A DNA stretch of 64,000 nt, from positions 32,001-96,000 of the IMG/VR virus record IMGVR_UViG_3300024348_000001; one strand, given 5' to 3'. How positions within the stretch are numbered: position 1 is the stretch's first letter; every line of letters starts with the position of its first letter. Source of the DNA: a virus. The notes under the pieces were generated by a model that worked only from the letters and a program-made list of their open reading frames with translations, ran no database searches and had not been told where the DNA came from. Shown here piece by piece: positions 18,154 to 28,483 of the stretch. The position numbers and the translations under genes are program-made.

Positions 18154-19868
18154 TAGCCAGCTGCGCCCTGTGTCGCCACTGCCGGCGATGAGCGGCGTAC
18201 TTCCGTGGGTGGAGGTACGGTACGGGTATCACTCTTGGAGATCACCGTGTCTCCATCCAAAATCAACTTGTCAGAATAATCGATCAGACGACTAAACTTA
18301 CCATCAACTTTTACCAAAGGATTCTGCATCACCGGCGCACCACGTCGAACCTTAGTGAACGCAAACTTGACAATCTGTTCCTGACCAATAGGCCGCGTCG
18401 TAGTCACAGCCACATCCGCAAACTCACCAATGCTGGCACTCTGCGAACCGTCTGTGTGGTCAATCTGCGTTGCGATGTTGCGGGCCATCTTGTTAGCCTT
18501 ACCCGTCAACTGATGCATGACCAGCGCCGGGATGTTGTAGGTCTTGGCAATCTTCTCGCTTAGAGACCGACCTACCGTGTTGATGACAAGATGCATGTTG
18601 TCAAACGAGTCTTTCTTCTCGCAGATACGATTTGCCAACGCCGATACGTGATCCAGTACAAACGAATACGGATACAATTCGCCATTCATTCGCATGTGGT
18701 TATCCATGATCGTCTGGATATCCGCCACCCCGTTCTTGCCGTACTGCTTAAACTTGGGGTTGGAATCCATGAACTCCACAAACAACAAATGCTTGCGCAA
18801 TAGTTCGATCGCCGTGTTAATCCTCTGCCGTTCACTGACGTAACGCATGCTGCACCCGAAGATATCCGGATTCAAATTGTGCTGCCGCAATGCGTCTCGT
18901 TTCTGCGCTTCAATCTCGTGCTCGTACGGTTGTGTCGGCACGTCAGAATCACTGAAGAAATTCAAATCTCCACGCGATTCGAGAATGCGCTCACGCGGTA
19001 CCTCAGCCAGAAACGTCAAACATCTTTGTTGGAATTCGTTACGTGTCGCTTCTGTCGATACATAGAAAACCACAGGACATTTTTGCACTGCGGTACCGTC
19101 CGAGTGTGTCAGGAACGGTCCCTGCTGCGCTGTAAAGATGCGCTGACACGCCTTTGCCATGTTGCATGCTGCCATGACTGCAAAGGTTGTCTTACAGGAG
19201 CCGAACGGTCCCATAAACAAAAGCATCTCGCCGCCAAGCAATCCACCCCCAACATGCTTATCTATGACAGATACACCTGTGGGAACGTATGTCACATCCG
19301 GCGGCACACCAAGACCGTCAAAGAACAACTCGTCGATCAACGGAGAATCCAAACCTTCCAGCCGTGTCTTGGTTGTTTCAAACGATTTAACCAGCGTGTT
19401 AACACGATCAATGTTCTTGCTGTCGCCTTGAAGTTCATTAAACAACGACGTGGTCAGATTCAACGTAGCCAAATGCATCGACCAGCGTTTAATAATCGAA
19501 ATAGCCATGTCTTGCAGTAATTTATCTGCGGCGTACCGTTCACTGCGTTGGTTCGGTGTTTTAACAAACTCAACAAGCTCATAGATTTCGTCGAATACAT
19601 CCGGTGCAACGTAATCGCCGTACCGTTCTCGGCGCCGTTCAATGATTCCACAGATTTCTTCGTGGAGCGGAAGCCTATCGTGCTTGTCCACGAACCAGCA
19701 AATCAACTGGATTACTTCTGCGTACGCTGGGTTTTCCTGTCCAATCAATTCTGGACGGAATACTTCTCGTACAAATTTTTGCACGTTGATGTTGCAAATA
19801 AACACCCGCAACGCACGTATCTTTTCTTTTTCCGACGGGGCGTCGTTTTCATTAACTAGCTGTTCCAC
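18153..19868 (-). CDS. DnaB-like replicative helicase
   Basis: GPFGSCKTT, VSTE, VLDHV, HQL, ADV and KVRRG motifs; follows the primase. Confidence 0.85.
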   Translation of the reverse strand: MEQLVNENDAPSEKEKIRALRVFICNINVQKFVREVFRPELIGQENPAYAEVIQLICWFVDKHDRLPLHEEICGIIERRRERYGDYVAPDVFDEIYELVEFVKTPNQRSERYAADKLLQDMAISIIKRWSMHLATLNLTTSLFNELQGDSKNIDRVNTLVKSFETTKTRLEGLDSPLIDELFFDGLGVPPDVTYVPTGVSVIDKHVGGGLLGGEMLLFMGPFGSCKTTFAVMAACNMAKACQRIFTAQQGPFLTHSDGTAVQKCPVVFYVSTEATRNEFQQRCLTFLAEVPRERILESRGDLNFFSDSDVPTQPYEHEIEAQKRDALRQHNLNPDIFGCSMRYVSERQRINTAIELLRKHLLFVEFMDSNPKFKQYGKNGVADIQTIMDNHMRMNGELYPYSFVLDHVSALANRICEKKDSFDNMHLVINTVGRSLSEKIAKTYNIPALVMHQLTGKANKMARNIATQIDHTDGSQSASIGEFADVAVTTTRPIGQEQIVKFAFTKVRRGAPVMQNPLVKVDGKFSRLIDYSDKLILDGDTVISKSDTRTVPPPTEVRRSSPAVATQGAAG

Positions 19869-20571
19869 AACGAGCTCCTTGTCGCAAAGCGTAAAACTGC
19901 TTATACAATTCCGGAGCGCTCTTCACGAACGTTTCCGGTAACAGATGGGTCCAATGCGCCGTGTATTCATTCTTGAAAAAATGAAACTGCACAGCAGCTT
20001 TGTGTTTAAACGCTTTAGCGATTTCTTTGAACTCAATCATCCGCGTTGCCATAAACGCCCGATACGCATAACAGTACCGGAACAACATTGAAATGCTCAG
20101 ATTAAAATCAAGTAAGCTTTGTATAACGGCATCTAGTTTTTTGATACCTTGTTGTTCTAAGTACGAAACATTTTGTTCAAACACGTTTTTGTTCACATCC
20201 AACAACGTGCGAATCTCATCGCCTTTAGCGTGTTTAAACTTTTCCCAGTGCTTCAGGCATTGTTCCGAAAACAGATGATTAGGCTCAGGTGGTCGGTGCG
20301 CAATATCCCGAGCGTCAAACTGTATAGAAATGTACGCCTCTGGATCAATTTCCAAAGTCACAAATTTTTTAGCCAGCTTAGGCCACAACGGCGGTATGTC
20401 TTTCTCTAGACAAACGCCGTCATCAGTTTCTACTCCCTGCTTACCGTCGTACAGCTTGGGAATGACGTACACCACCGGATACCCCGCCTTGGCCGTTTCG
20501 TACAGGCTACGAGTCAGACTGTACGCGGCACGGACAGTCTTGGCCAGATCATCAATGGCATTATTTGTCAC
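19852..20571 (-). CDS. Hypothetical protein
   Basis: 239 aa ORF coupled between the two helicases. Confidence 0.7.
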   Translation of the reverse strand: MTNNAIDDLAKTVRAAYSLTRSLYETAKAGYPVVYVIPKLYDGKQGVETDDGVCLEKDIPPLWPKLAKKFVTLEIDPEAYISIQFDARDIAHRPPEPNHLFSEQCLKHWEKFKHAKGDEIRTLLDVNKNVFEQNVSYLEQQGIKKLDAVIQSLLDFNLSISMLFRYCYAYRAFMATRMIEFKEIAKAFKHKAAVQFHFFKNEYTAHWTHLLPETFVKSAPELYKQFYALRQGARCGTAS

Positions 20572-22087
20572 TGATCTCTCCAGACAGATATTCCAACAAT
20601 CGAGATCGCTGCGTTGGGGCTAACTGCTCCCATCCCATCTGTGAATAGGATGTCGCTCGCTTATCCGCACGCTTGGCAAACCGACTGTTGAACTGGTCCT
20701 TGTAATCGTGCACGATGCCATACGACTTGTCGTGATGGAGTCGGGATGTTCGGCCCGGTATCTGCACGTCATTAATCGGAGAAGCGCCGCCGTCACCACG
20801 GATCAGCACCTGCAATTTACGAAAGTTTACGCCCCGATTCCATACCGTGGTTACAATAACTTTCTTAAGTTCGCCTTGCTCAAAGGCTTGTGTCAATTCT
20901 TGTCGTTTGCTGGCAGTTATAACTTCAAAGTCAGGCGGCAACAAACCGCGTTTGTCAAAATACCTTTGATCCCCTTCATCAATTCCCATCTCGCGATACA
21001 CCAGCGTGAATTCCGGTAACAATCGTTTTAGATGTAACGCATGCTCGATCGTCTCAACAGTAATCAACGTTTGAACACTGGCGTCATAAGACTTAGCATC
21101 TTCAGCTATGACACGATTACGCGTTTCGTTCTGCCATATCCCCAATCGTTTGCGTTCAATCGGATCATCGATACCCGCTACAGGATCGTAGTCCGCCATG
21201 ACGTTGTTCCATTGCACCACCAGAGGTACTACCATCTCGTGCTGCACAGCTTCGTCGTAACTAACTTTTAACCTTACTGGACCGAACAAGCCTTCGCAGA
21301 TAACGTCCTTACCGTCAATACGCATATCGTGAGATGCCGAGAATCCCCACATATGCGCATGCGTAAACCGAGCCAGTTTGGCGGAGATTGAATCCACAGG
21401 CGCTTCGTGGCATTCATCGTAAAACACAAAGTCCGCATCTGCGGGAGCGTGATGCAGACTGTCCGCTGTGACACAAAAAATTCTGTGCCCGGGAACCTTG
21501 CGACCTCCTCCAACCAAACCGACCTCCGGAATCATTTGCGCCAGTTCTGGATACAGCCGTTGCGTCATGACATCAACAGACTTGGTAGACACCACGATCT
21601 TGGCATCCGGGAAGAGAATCGCCGCACAACCAATGACAAACGATTTACCCCAACCGGGAGGACAGTCAATCCGCCCGTTGATGTATTTCTCAATAACCTG
21701 AAGTGCCTCGTCTTGCCGGTACCTCAGCTCAAAGTTCAAACTGTTAAGCCTATCCCAATCCGCTATGAATGCGTCGGGACGGGGGTATTCAGTTAAGTTC
21801 TTGTACTTAACTGAATACCCATGCGCTTTCAATTGCTTAGTAACACGTTTGTAAAAACCAAATGTTGTCACCAGCCGGTTTTTGACATCTCGGGTAAACA
21901 TGTCAATTGGTACCGTCATCATCAAAGACTTGTTTTCCCGTTTGGCTTTTACACGCGCTGCACCATACAACGGTTTGACTTCAATACAAGTCAGCACGCG
22001 GCGGAGAACATCAAAGACACGAGCCTCTTGTGAATTAACAATCAGACGGTTGCCGTAACGAATCAATTCTATTGCGGACTGCGGCAT
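20561..22087 (-). CDS. SF2 DNA helicase (UvsW-like)
   Basis: PPGWGKS, DECH, SAS, RGVN and QIPGRTSR motifs; start reset to ATG 22087 behind AGGAG. Confidence 0.9.
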   Translation of the reverse strand: MPQSAIELIRYGNRLIVNSQEARVFDVLRRVLTCIEVKPLYGAARVKAKRENKSLMMTVPIDMFTRDVKNRLVTTFGFYKRVTKQLKAHGYSVKYKNLTEYPRPDAFIADWDRLNSLNFELRYRQDEALQVIEKYINGRIDCPPGWGKSFVIGCAAILFPDAKIVVSTKSVDVMTQRLYPELAQMIPEVGLVGGGRKVPGHRIFCVTADSLHHAPADADFVFYDECHEAPVDSISAKLARFTHAHMWGFSASHDMRIDGKDVICEGLFGPVRLKVSYDEAVQHEMVVPLVVQWNNVMADYDPVAGIDDPIERKRLGIWQNETRNRVIAEDAKSYDASVQTLITVETIEHALHLKRLLPEFTLVYREMGIDEGDQRYFDKRGLLPPDFEVITASKRQELTQAFEQGELKKVIVTTVWNRGVNFRKLQVLIRGDGGASPINDVQIPGRTSRLHHDKSYGIVHDYKDQFNSRFAKRADKRATSYSQMGWEQLAPTQRSRLLEYLSGEISDK

Positions 22088-22123
22088 CGACTGCTCCTTC
22101 CAAGGCAGCAATGTGCCGCCCTC

Positions 22124-22999
22124 CTATGTGGTTAATCCTATATGTTTGTAAAACGCTTTAAGCTCGTCTTCCCGTTTGAAGAACATAGACGGCATAAACT
22201 TAACTTCTTGATGGGTCGTCAGTTTAGCTCGCCACAGCAAATAAGTGTAATCCAACAATTTTTTAGAAACCTTTGTCAGACTAATTGCCGGATCAGAATT
22301 TGTCATGAAGATACGCCACAGAAAATCTTCTGGCCTTGAGGGTTTTTGCTGTTTGTAATACTCACACGCCTTTTCATTGTGCCACGCGTTAAACACCGAT
22401 AGTGCTCGGTCAAAATTTACACCGGGAGTTTCGTCTTCAAAGAACCGTTTACCGTTCGAGTAGTTGATGCCCATGTAAGCATACAGACGACTCAATCTAT
22501 TAGGTTTAAACGGATGCACAAATCTGCGAGGATCACCAATTTCCGCCAATATGTTACCTACTGAATGTTTGTCAATAAACGGAATGAACGACATGAAAGA
22601 CCACGCCGGATGTTGTTTTAAAGCTTTGTCAATTTGCTCAGGCGTACTGTCGGTCTGCAATGACACCAATTTATACGCAAAATACTCAGCCTTATGCATA
22701 ATCGCCGACCGATACTGCGGCTGCGCCAATCCGTGCAGCGTCGCAGTCACATCCATAATCTCAGGCCCAAACACTAATCGTATTTGCGTTGTTGTGTCGT
22801 GAAACAATTCAAACAGGCGACACATCAACGTTGCGTTTTGCGGTGACGCCAACACAGAGATCTGTTTAAACTTGGCCGTCGGAAATGATCCAATAAATTC
22901 CATAACATCTTGTTCGGAATTACATACCGACAACGAATCGTCGGCGTACCAAACCGTTTCGTCATAAGCACAATGAACTTTCAGGTTATTGTGCGTCAT
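22124..22999 (-). CDS. IS110-transposase-like (Transposase_20-type) domain protein, probably domesticated
   Basis: HPAW..IPFIDKHSVGNILAEIGDPRRF..RLYAYMGI; start 4 nt after the SbcC stop; no IS ends seen. Confidence 0.55.
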   Translation of the reverse strand: MTHNNLKVHCAYDETVWYADDSLSVCNSEQDVMEFIGSFPTAKFKQISVLASPQNATLMCRLFELFHDTTTQIRLVFGPEIMDVTATLHGLAQPQYRSAIMHKAEYFAYKLVSLQTDSTPEQIDKALKQHPAWSFMSFIPFIDKHSVGNILAEIGDPRRFVHPFKPNRLSRLYAYMGINYSNGKRFFEDETPGVNFDRALSVFNAWHNEKACEYYKQQKPSRPEDFLWRIFMTNSDPAISLTKVSKKLLDYTYLLWRAKLTTHQEVKFMPSMFFKREDELKAFYKHIGLTT

Positions 23000-23003
23000 G
23001 GCG

Positions 23004-25154
23004 TTATCCCAGTGTGATGATCTGATCAAAACATCCCCGCAAATTATCTGCGTGTGTCACCATTATAATTTGCCGATGTCCCGAAATCTTTGTCGATAGC
23101 GAACTTAGCGCGTCTGCCAAGAAACTCCGATTGTCTTCGTCGAGGTTTGCTGTTGGTTCGTCCAACGCCAGCAACCCGACAACAGACGCCAAAGACAGCC
23201 AGAACGCAATCGCCAAGATAACCTTCTGGCCCGTAGACAATCTACCTGCGGCCTGCGGTGGTTCCCCGGGTTTGTGCACGATGAACGTCAAATCATCGTG
23301 TGCAGTTTCAACCCAGAAGGGACTACCAAACTTGGCCAGATTATCGTTGATGCCTTGCTCCATCCTTTCCATATTGGCAACGGCAACGATGTTCGGCAAT
23401 TTATCCCTATGCACAACCGTTCTGACTTGCTCCAACATTGACAACAACTGACGCATCTTCTTGTTGCGCTTAACCGACATGCGCAAATTATCTAGATCAC
23501 GTTCGTAGCGTTGGATGCTTTTCTGATTGGCGGCAATTAGGCCTTCCAGTTTGGCAATCTCGACTGTCGTTGCATAATGCTTGCGGCGTCTAGCTGTTAC
23601 GTGCTCTACAAGGTCTTCCGTAACCGTGTACGTTTTAGTGCCGGACTGAACGACCGTGTTGTCTTTGATCGTCGTCTCTACGTCTTTCAACTGTACAGAA
23701 AGCGCGCTCAACAAAGATGACGCTCTTGTTGATTCAATCTCGTGAATCCGTTCATCGGCTTCCGCACCACTCAACGCTTGCTTGTACTTCTCGTATTTAT
23801 CAAGCACCGTGATAGCGTCTTCCAAATCTACAAGCGGTTCTTCTACCGCAGGAATGTTGTCCAGAACGGCAGTAGCTGACGCATGTGCTGCCGTTGCTGA
23901 ACTCAAATCATCCTCATACGTTTTCTTCAAAATCAATGCTTGCTGAAGTGCTTGCAACGTTTTCTTGCGCAACGTACACGCTTCTGTCAGCGTCAACAAT
24001 TCTCTGCGGTATTCCACCAACTGAGCCTGCAACGAATCCACAGGCGTCAAACAAGTCGGACACACTACCTTCTTCGTGTTCTCAAACGTATCAAGAATTT
24101 TTGTCAATTCAGCAACACGCGTCAATCGTGTCTGCTGTTCTTCTTTCAACTGATCGTACTGCTCTCGAGAAACATCTTCAGGCGGCGTAAGCGCATCAAG
24201 TTTGCGTTGAGCTGCTGACACTTTAGCTTCGGCAGCTTTGCGTCGTTCTGTAACTGCCTCGTATTGCCGCCATGCTGTCTTAGCGTCTCGAGCTGTCGTT
24301 ACCTGCTCTTCAATCTTAGTCAGGCGTTCTTTGATCTTTTCCGTATGCGCAACAGCTTCAGTCACCGCTTGCTTGGCCGTAACCAGTTTAGTACTAGCGG
24401 TTTCGATCTTGTCAGTCAGCGTCTTCTGTGTCGCCTGCGCCGTTGTCAAATTCTCAAATGCTCTAACAATTGCCTCAAGCGTCAGCAACGTTTTCTGACT
24501 CAGGACCTGCTGCGTACACTCATCCATCTTTTCCTGCACCGTACTAATCTCAGACGTGAGGCTGGCAATGTTGGCCATCAGTTGGTCGCTGTTATCTACG
24601 GTTGTCTGCACCGAAGATGAGTTGGACAGAATGAACCTGCCCAGTGCCAACCACACCGTTTCGCAATGCTCAGTACCACACAACTTCTGAAACGCTTTCT
24701 TGCGATCGCCATCTGTGGCCGCAAGGAAATCGTAGATCAAATGCTGTTGCTTGAAAACAAACCTGTCCAACACGCCAAACTCGACACCAAGGATGTTCTT
24801 GAGTTCTTCGGCAATCTTTTCAGAGTTGGTAATCTCAATGCCGGGAGTGTCGGCATACGTGAACACGCTCTTGTTGGGGCGCAAGCTACGGCACAGTTTG
24901 AAGTGCACGTTGTTGTGTTCTACTTCAATCTCGGCAAAAGCCTTGTCTGTGGGTTTAGCTTGATTGTTGATGCAATCCGCTTTGACACCCTCGAACCGAC
25001 TCCAGTCATTGGTCAACACTGCGTAGAGCAAATTGACCACCGTTGATTTTCCACACCCGTTTCTGCCGACAATACCGACCAGCCCGCACTTGAAATCAAT
25101 CTCCAATTTCTTGTGCGGACCCACATTCAACACTGTCAATTTCTTGATGTACAT
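23004..25154 (-). CDS. sbcC: SbcC/Rad50-like ATPase
   Basis: GRNGCGKS, coiled coil with CPTC hook, LSTGQ, LDEPT and VTH motifs. Confidence 0.92.
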   Translation of the reverse strand: MYIKKLTVLNVGPHKKLEIDFKCGLVGIVGRNGCGKSTVVNLLYAVLTNDWSRFEGVKADCINNQAKPTDKAFAEIEVEHNNVHFKLCRSLRPNKSVFTYADTPGIEITNSEKIAEELKNILGVEFGVLDRFVFKQQHLIYDFLAATDGDRKKAFQKLCGTEHCETVWLALGRFILSNSSSVQTTVDNSDQLMANIASLTSEISTVQEKMDECTQQVLSQKTLLTLEAIVRAFENLTTAQATQKTLTDKIETASTKLVTAKQAVTEAVAHTEKIKERLTKIEEQVTTARDAKTAWRQYEAVTERRKAAEAKVSAAQRKLDALTPPEDVSREQYDQLKEEQQTRLTRVAELTKILDTFENTKKVVCPTCLTPVDSLQAQLVEYRRELLTLTEACTLRKKTLQALQQALILKKTYEDDLSSATAAHASATAVLDNIPAVEEPLVDLEDAITVLDKYEKYKQALSGAEADERIHEIESTRASSLLSALSVQLKDVETTIKDNTVVQSGTKTYTVTEDLVEHVTARRRKHYATTVEIAKLEGLIAANQKSIQRYERDLDNLRMSVKRNKKMRQLLSMLEQVRTVVHRDKLPNIVAVANMERMEQGINDNLAKFGSPFWVETAHDDLTFIVHKPGEPPQAAGRLSTGQKVILAIAFWLSLASVVGLLALDEPTANLDEDNRSFLADALSSLSTKISGHRQIIMVTHADNLRGCFDQIITLG

Positions 25155-26247
25155 CGTCTTTCCTCAGCCATTCCTGTCTCAAAGCTTCTAGTTCGGCGTC
25201 AACATTTGTTGCGGCCAGAAAGCGAGAAACTACAGAGAACAGGCGGGGATCTTCCTCTGGATCTACAGCCAATCTCAGCAATGACGTTGGCGTAAGCACT
25301 TCCACATTTGTCGTGGGTGCGGAGACTACCAGCCTCTCCTTGACTTTAGGTGTTTCCTTCAAGAACAAGTGCACCTTGTCTACACACGCCGCTTCCAATC
25401 GTCTGGCTGCGTCGTGAAGCTCGGCGTTGTACTTCACCCTCAGATACGGTCTGCGTATGTGCGGTGGTAAATGTTCTGACTCCGATGCCAACTGTTCAAT
25501 ACGCGCGGGCAGTTCTGATAAGTATTTATCTAATGTCGGGTCGTCTGTGATCTCGACATCGTCCAACGTTGGCCTAACCTTGAGTTCTCCAACCATCCAA
25601 TGTTCGTCGGCGTGAAGCATAAAATATTTATCGGGCTGCTCGTCGATTGACTGCCGACACGTCGATCCCGGGGAATACACAGTAACAGGCTGACCTGTCT
25701 TGCCTGTGGTGTGAAAGACTTTGTGCACATGCAAATCACCCGTGAAGATTGTGGACACATGCGGCACGTCACTGAAGTTAGCTTCGGGCGTCGTGATACC
25801 GCCCATGAACTCTCCCCACACCTGATGGCTGACCAGAATATCAGTGTCCACAGGGATCTGCGCAAATTCATCGTGAATGCGATCGGCTGGCTGCCAATCC
25901 ATACCGTAAATCGTTACACCGTCAATCATTACGTGACGACCGTGTAAATGTGTGGCGTGAGCATGCGCCGACAACCACGTGGGACTGTCTCTGTCGTGCT
26001 GCCCTTGAATAAAATAAAAAGGGATATTCGCCTCCCTAAGCCTGTCTAGTTGCCGGAAGAACTCTCGGATTGGATAGGCCCGATTTCGTTGCTTATCGAT
26101 TAGGTCGCCGGCCCCAATAACCGCCGAGACTTTCTTAGTCACGGCATGTGTCACAATCTGTTCAAGGGCAAATGCAGCGTCACCAGCCACGGCACGAGTT
26201 GTCCATGCCGATTCCTGCAAATGCGCATCAGCAAAAAACAAAAGCAT
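25096..26247 (-). CDS. sbcD: SbcD/Mre11-like nuclease
   Basis: ADAH, GDL, GQHD and GDLH metallophosphoesterase motifs, adjacent to sbcC. Confidence 0.9.
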   Translation of the reverse strand: MLLFFADAHLQESAWTTRAVAGDAAFALEQIVTHAVTKKVSAVIGAGDLIDKQRNRAYPIREFFRQLDRLREANIPFYFIQGQHDRDSPTWLSAHAHATHLHGRHVMIDGVTIYGMDWQPADRIHDEFAQIPVDTDILVSHQVWGEFMGGITTPEANFSDVPHVSTIFTGDLHVHKVFHTTGKTGQPVTVYSPGSTCRQSIDEQPDKYFMLHADEHWMVGELKVRPTLDDVEITDDPTLDKYLSELPARIEQLASESEHLPPHIRRPYLRVKYNAELHDAARRLEAACVDKVHLFLKETPKVKERLVVSAPTTNVEVLTPTSLLRLAVDPEEDPRLFSVVSRFLAATNVDAELEALRQEWLRKDDVHQEIDSVECGSAQEIGD

Positions 26248-26281
26248 TGTTTGCTCCTGAGTATTGTTACAACAACGCGTT

Positions 26282-26791
26282 TTAAATAGTGAAGACCAAT
26301 GCGGCGTAAGGACTGTCTAAATTGTTTGCAAGTTTTAATTGCACAACACGTACGTTGCCGTCTATTTTAAAATCTTCACGTTTAATTGCGTCTTGAATTG
26401 AACTTGTTAATTCCGCTTCGTGGTTTTCGTTGTATGTGTCTTCATTATTTAGATCAAACGAAAGACCTACAACTTGCACCGTTACATCTAATTGCATTTG
26501 TATTGCGGCGTCATACGTTTTCTTGTACCGTCTTTCGTTAAAAATTGCATTAAAATCGTGTTGTCGTCGATTAAAAACTAAGAACGGCTGGTTTTCGTCA
26601 AAGATAGCCACCATATCCTCTAAAACGTCTTTTTTCATTTCTTCTGCGGTTATACAATCAGCAAGAGAATACGGCGTATCTTTAACTTCGTCGTAAACAG
26701 AAACTGACATTTCTAATTGTTCGTCTGTAAAACCTTTTAACACTTTTAACAAATCTTTGTACGAAGGGTGCCTTTCGTTAAACCGTGACAT
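26282..26791 (-). CDS. Hypothetical protein
   Basis: 169 aa AT-rich ORF with a GAGG RBS. Confidence 0.65.
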   Translation of the reverse strand: MSRFNERHPSYKDLLKVLKGFTDEQLEMSVSVYDEVKDTPYSLADCITAEEMKKDVLEDMVAIFDENQPFLVFNRRQHDFNAIFNERRYKKTYDAAIQMQLDVTVQVVGLSFDLNNEDTYNENHEAELTSSIQDAIKREDFKIDGNVRVVQLKLANNLDSPYAALVFTI

Positions 26792-26807
26792 ATCAACCTC
26801 GCTTAAA

Positions 26808-27017
26808 TTACTCTTCAGTCCAAAATGCCTTTCCGTTTAACTTATCTGCGTATTTTGTATTTTCTAGTCCGTGCAACCCGACGGTGTAATTATTGAATGT
26901 GCACACGATGTAATAATTTTCTTTATTTTTTATAACTTGATATGCCTTAGTGTCAGCAAATACAGTTTTACCTGCGTCAACAGCTTTTTTTATCTTTTCA
27001 ATTGTGTCTAGTTTCAC
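26808..27017 (-). CDS. Small conserved phage protein
   Basis: IKKAVDAGKTV..YQVIK pattern. Confidence 0.6.
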   Translation of the reverse strand: MKLDTIEKIKKAVDAGKTVFADTKAYQVIKNKENYYIVCTFNNYTVGLHGLENTKYADKLNGKAFWTEE

Positions 27018-27110
27018 GCATCATCTCCTATTAATGTTGTAACGTATTGTGCCAATTCTTTGCTAAGAATGAAAAGCAGTTGAGCTAAACCCGTGCTGTT
27101 CATCTCTATC

Positions 27111-27434
27111 TCACACCCCGTTGTTATTTTCGTCGGCGTCTATGCGTTCTATTTTTAAAGCTTTTTTAATCGTTCTACTGAGGTGTTCTTTTGTTATTAC
27201 AAAATCAATCTCATCCGACAGATCACACATAATGTGCTGGGGACCGCCGTATAATTCTTCTTTGTCAATTAAATACCGTTCGCAACATTTTTTTGTATTT
27301 TCAACGTTCGGACAATTACCGCCGCAATAATAACATGGCGACGTCATCATGCTTTTATTTGCGTTTTCTAAATTTTTTGACAAATACTCTAAAGCCGCAA
27401 GCAATATAAAACGGTCTCGTCTTTTCATTTTCAT
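27111..27434 (-). CDS. Hypothetical protein
   Basis: 107 aa with Cys motifs; 4-nt overlap. Confidence 0.6.
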   Translation of the reverse strand: MKMKRRDRFILLAALEYLSKNLENANKSMMTSPCYYCGGNCPNVENTKKCCERYLIDKEELYGGPQHIMCDLSDEIDFVITKEHLSRTIKKALKIERIDADENNNGV

Positions 27435-27634
27435 TCGCCGTCTCCTACTAGCGTTGTAACGTTACGTAATTCCTCAAAGAACGCGTCTGTGTCTAAATCC
27501 ATGCGGTCTAAAATCTTTTCTAGCGTTTTGGGAGCCATAACATTTAACGCGTTTACAACTTCAAGCACTGCGCACAAACCGCTGTATTGTTCCTGTGTCA
27601 TTTTGGGTTCTCCGTCACTGCTATAATCGTACAA
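27431..27634 (-). CDS. Hypothetical protein
   Basis: Small packed ORF. Confidence 0.55.
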   Translation of the reverse strand: MYDYSSDGEPKMTQEQYSGLCAVLEVVNALNVMAPKTLEKILDRMDLDTDAFFEELRNVTTLVGDGE

Positions 27635-27792
27635 GTCCCCGATTCAGATTCGCACCATTCAACGTCAGATTCACCAGACATGGCGCGATCCAAGACCAAA
27701 TCTTCCGCTGCTTCTCTATCGACAGCCTCAACATCAATGTCTGCGCTCATAACCACGTCACGTAAAACTCTAATGCGATACTTTGGCATCAC
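27598..27792 (-). CDS. Small acidic hypothetical protein
   Basis: PKYRIRV..VEA...AE pattern, similar to 45832..46077. Confidence 0.6.
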   Translation of the reverse strand: MMPKYRIRVLRDVVMSADIDVEAVDREAAEDLVLDRAMSGESDVEWCESESGTCTIIAVTENPK

Positions 27793-28112
27793 GCACCTCC
27801 GTTTAATTTGGCAATTAAATTGTTTGCCTGATCAAGTGCCTCATACGAAAAACCGTCTGAGTCTTCGCCATCTTCAATCTCCAAAATTGTCTCAAAAGAC
27901 TTAACAAGCGCAATCAACGTGCTGAGCAAGCTTGGAGCTTCATTAATCAACTTGGCATTTGCTTCTTTGTTCTTGCCGTAAACAGTTACAGACTCCCACT
28001 CTAATGCTTGTTTCCCTCGCTCCGGATGAGGCACATGGAGAATTGTTCCCCACAACGAGTTGTAATGCTTATCGAACTGCCACTGAATGTTCCACGGTCC
28101 TTCTGTATGCAC
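27789..28112 (-). CDS. HTPGPW...ANAxLIxxAP family phage protein
   Basis: MHTEGPW ... ANAKLINEAPSLL; related to 48882..49148. Confidence 0.7.
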   Translation of the reverse strand: MHTEGPWNIQWQFDKHYNSLWGTILHVPHPERGKQALEWESVTVYGKNKEANAKLINEAPSLLSTLIALVKSFETILEIEDGEDSDGFSYEALDQANNLIAKLNGGA

Positions 28113-28121
28113 AATCAGCTC

Positions 28122-28301
28122 CTATACGTTGATGTTCTCTTTGTTGATGTCCAATACGTACCAGTCTGCGCGGTCCATAAAATCGTCTTTGGCCGTTTCA
28201 GCCGCAACGTGCATTGCGTCTTTGTCGTCATCGGCTTCAAAAGATTTGACAATATCCCACGCACCGCTTTCTCGAACGAAAGCGAAGTAATACATCGGCA
28301 T
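28122..28301 (-). CDS. Small hypothetical protein (59 aa, not in the ORF track)
   Basis: Hand translation MPMYYFAFVRESGAW...ENINV; GGAAA RBS; fills the gap. Confidence 0.55.
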   Translation of the reverse strand: MPMYYFAFVRESGAWDIVKSFEADDDKDAMHVAAETAKDDFMDRADWYVLDINKENINV

Positions 28302-28309
28302 GCTGTTTC

Positions 28310-28483
28310 CTATACGTCAAATAGAACGCGCAACAGCTCTTGCAGTCTGCGCACTTCACTTGCCACTTTGTGTAACTGCTTGATACAACCGACGGCGTCA
28401 AAGCCGTCGATTGTCTTCTTGTCTGTAGACTCTTTAATCAGCGTTTTTGGAAACTTTGCAACGGCGCGGTCCGTAATGTCCAT
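28310..28483 (-). CDS. Small hypothetical protein (57 aa, not in the ORF track)
   Basis: Hand translation MDITDRAVAKF...RVLFDV; fills the gap. Confidence 0.4.
   Translation of the reverse strand: MDITDRAVAKFPKTLIKESTDKKTIDGFDAVGCIKQLHKVASEVRRLQELLRVLFDV

Noticed and set aside
22124-23029. Active IS110 insertion sequence
   Set aside because: No recognisable DEDD motif or non-coding IS ends; coupled within an operon
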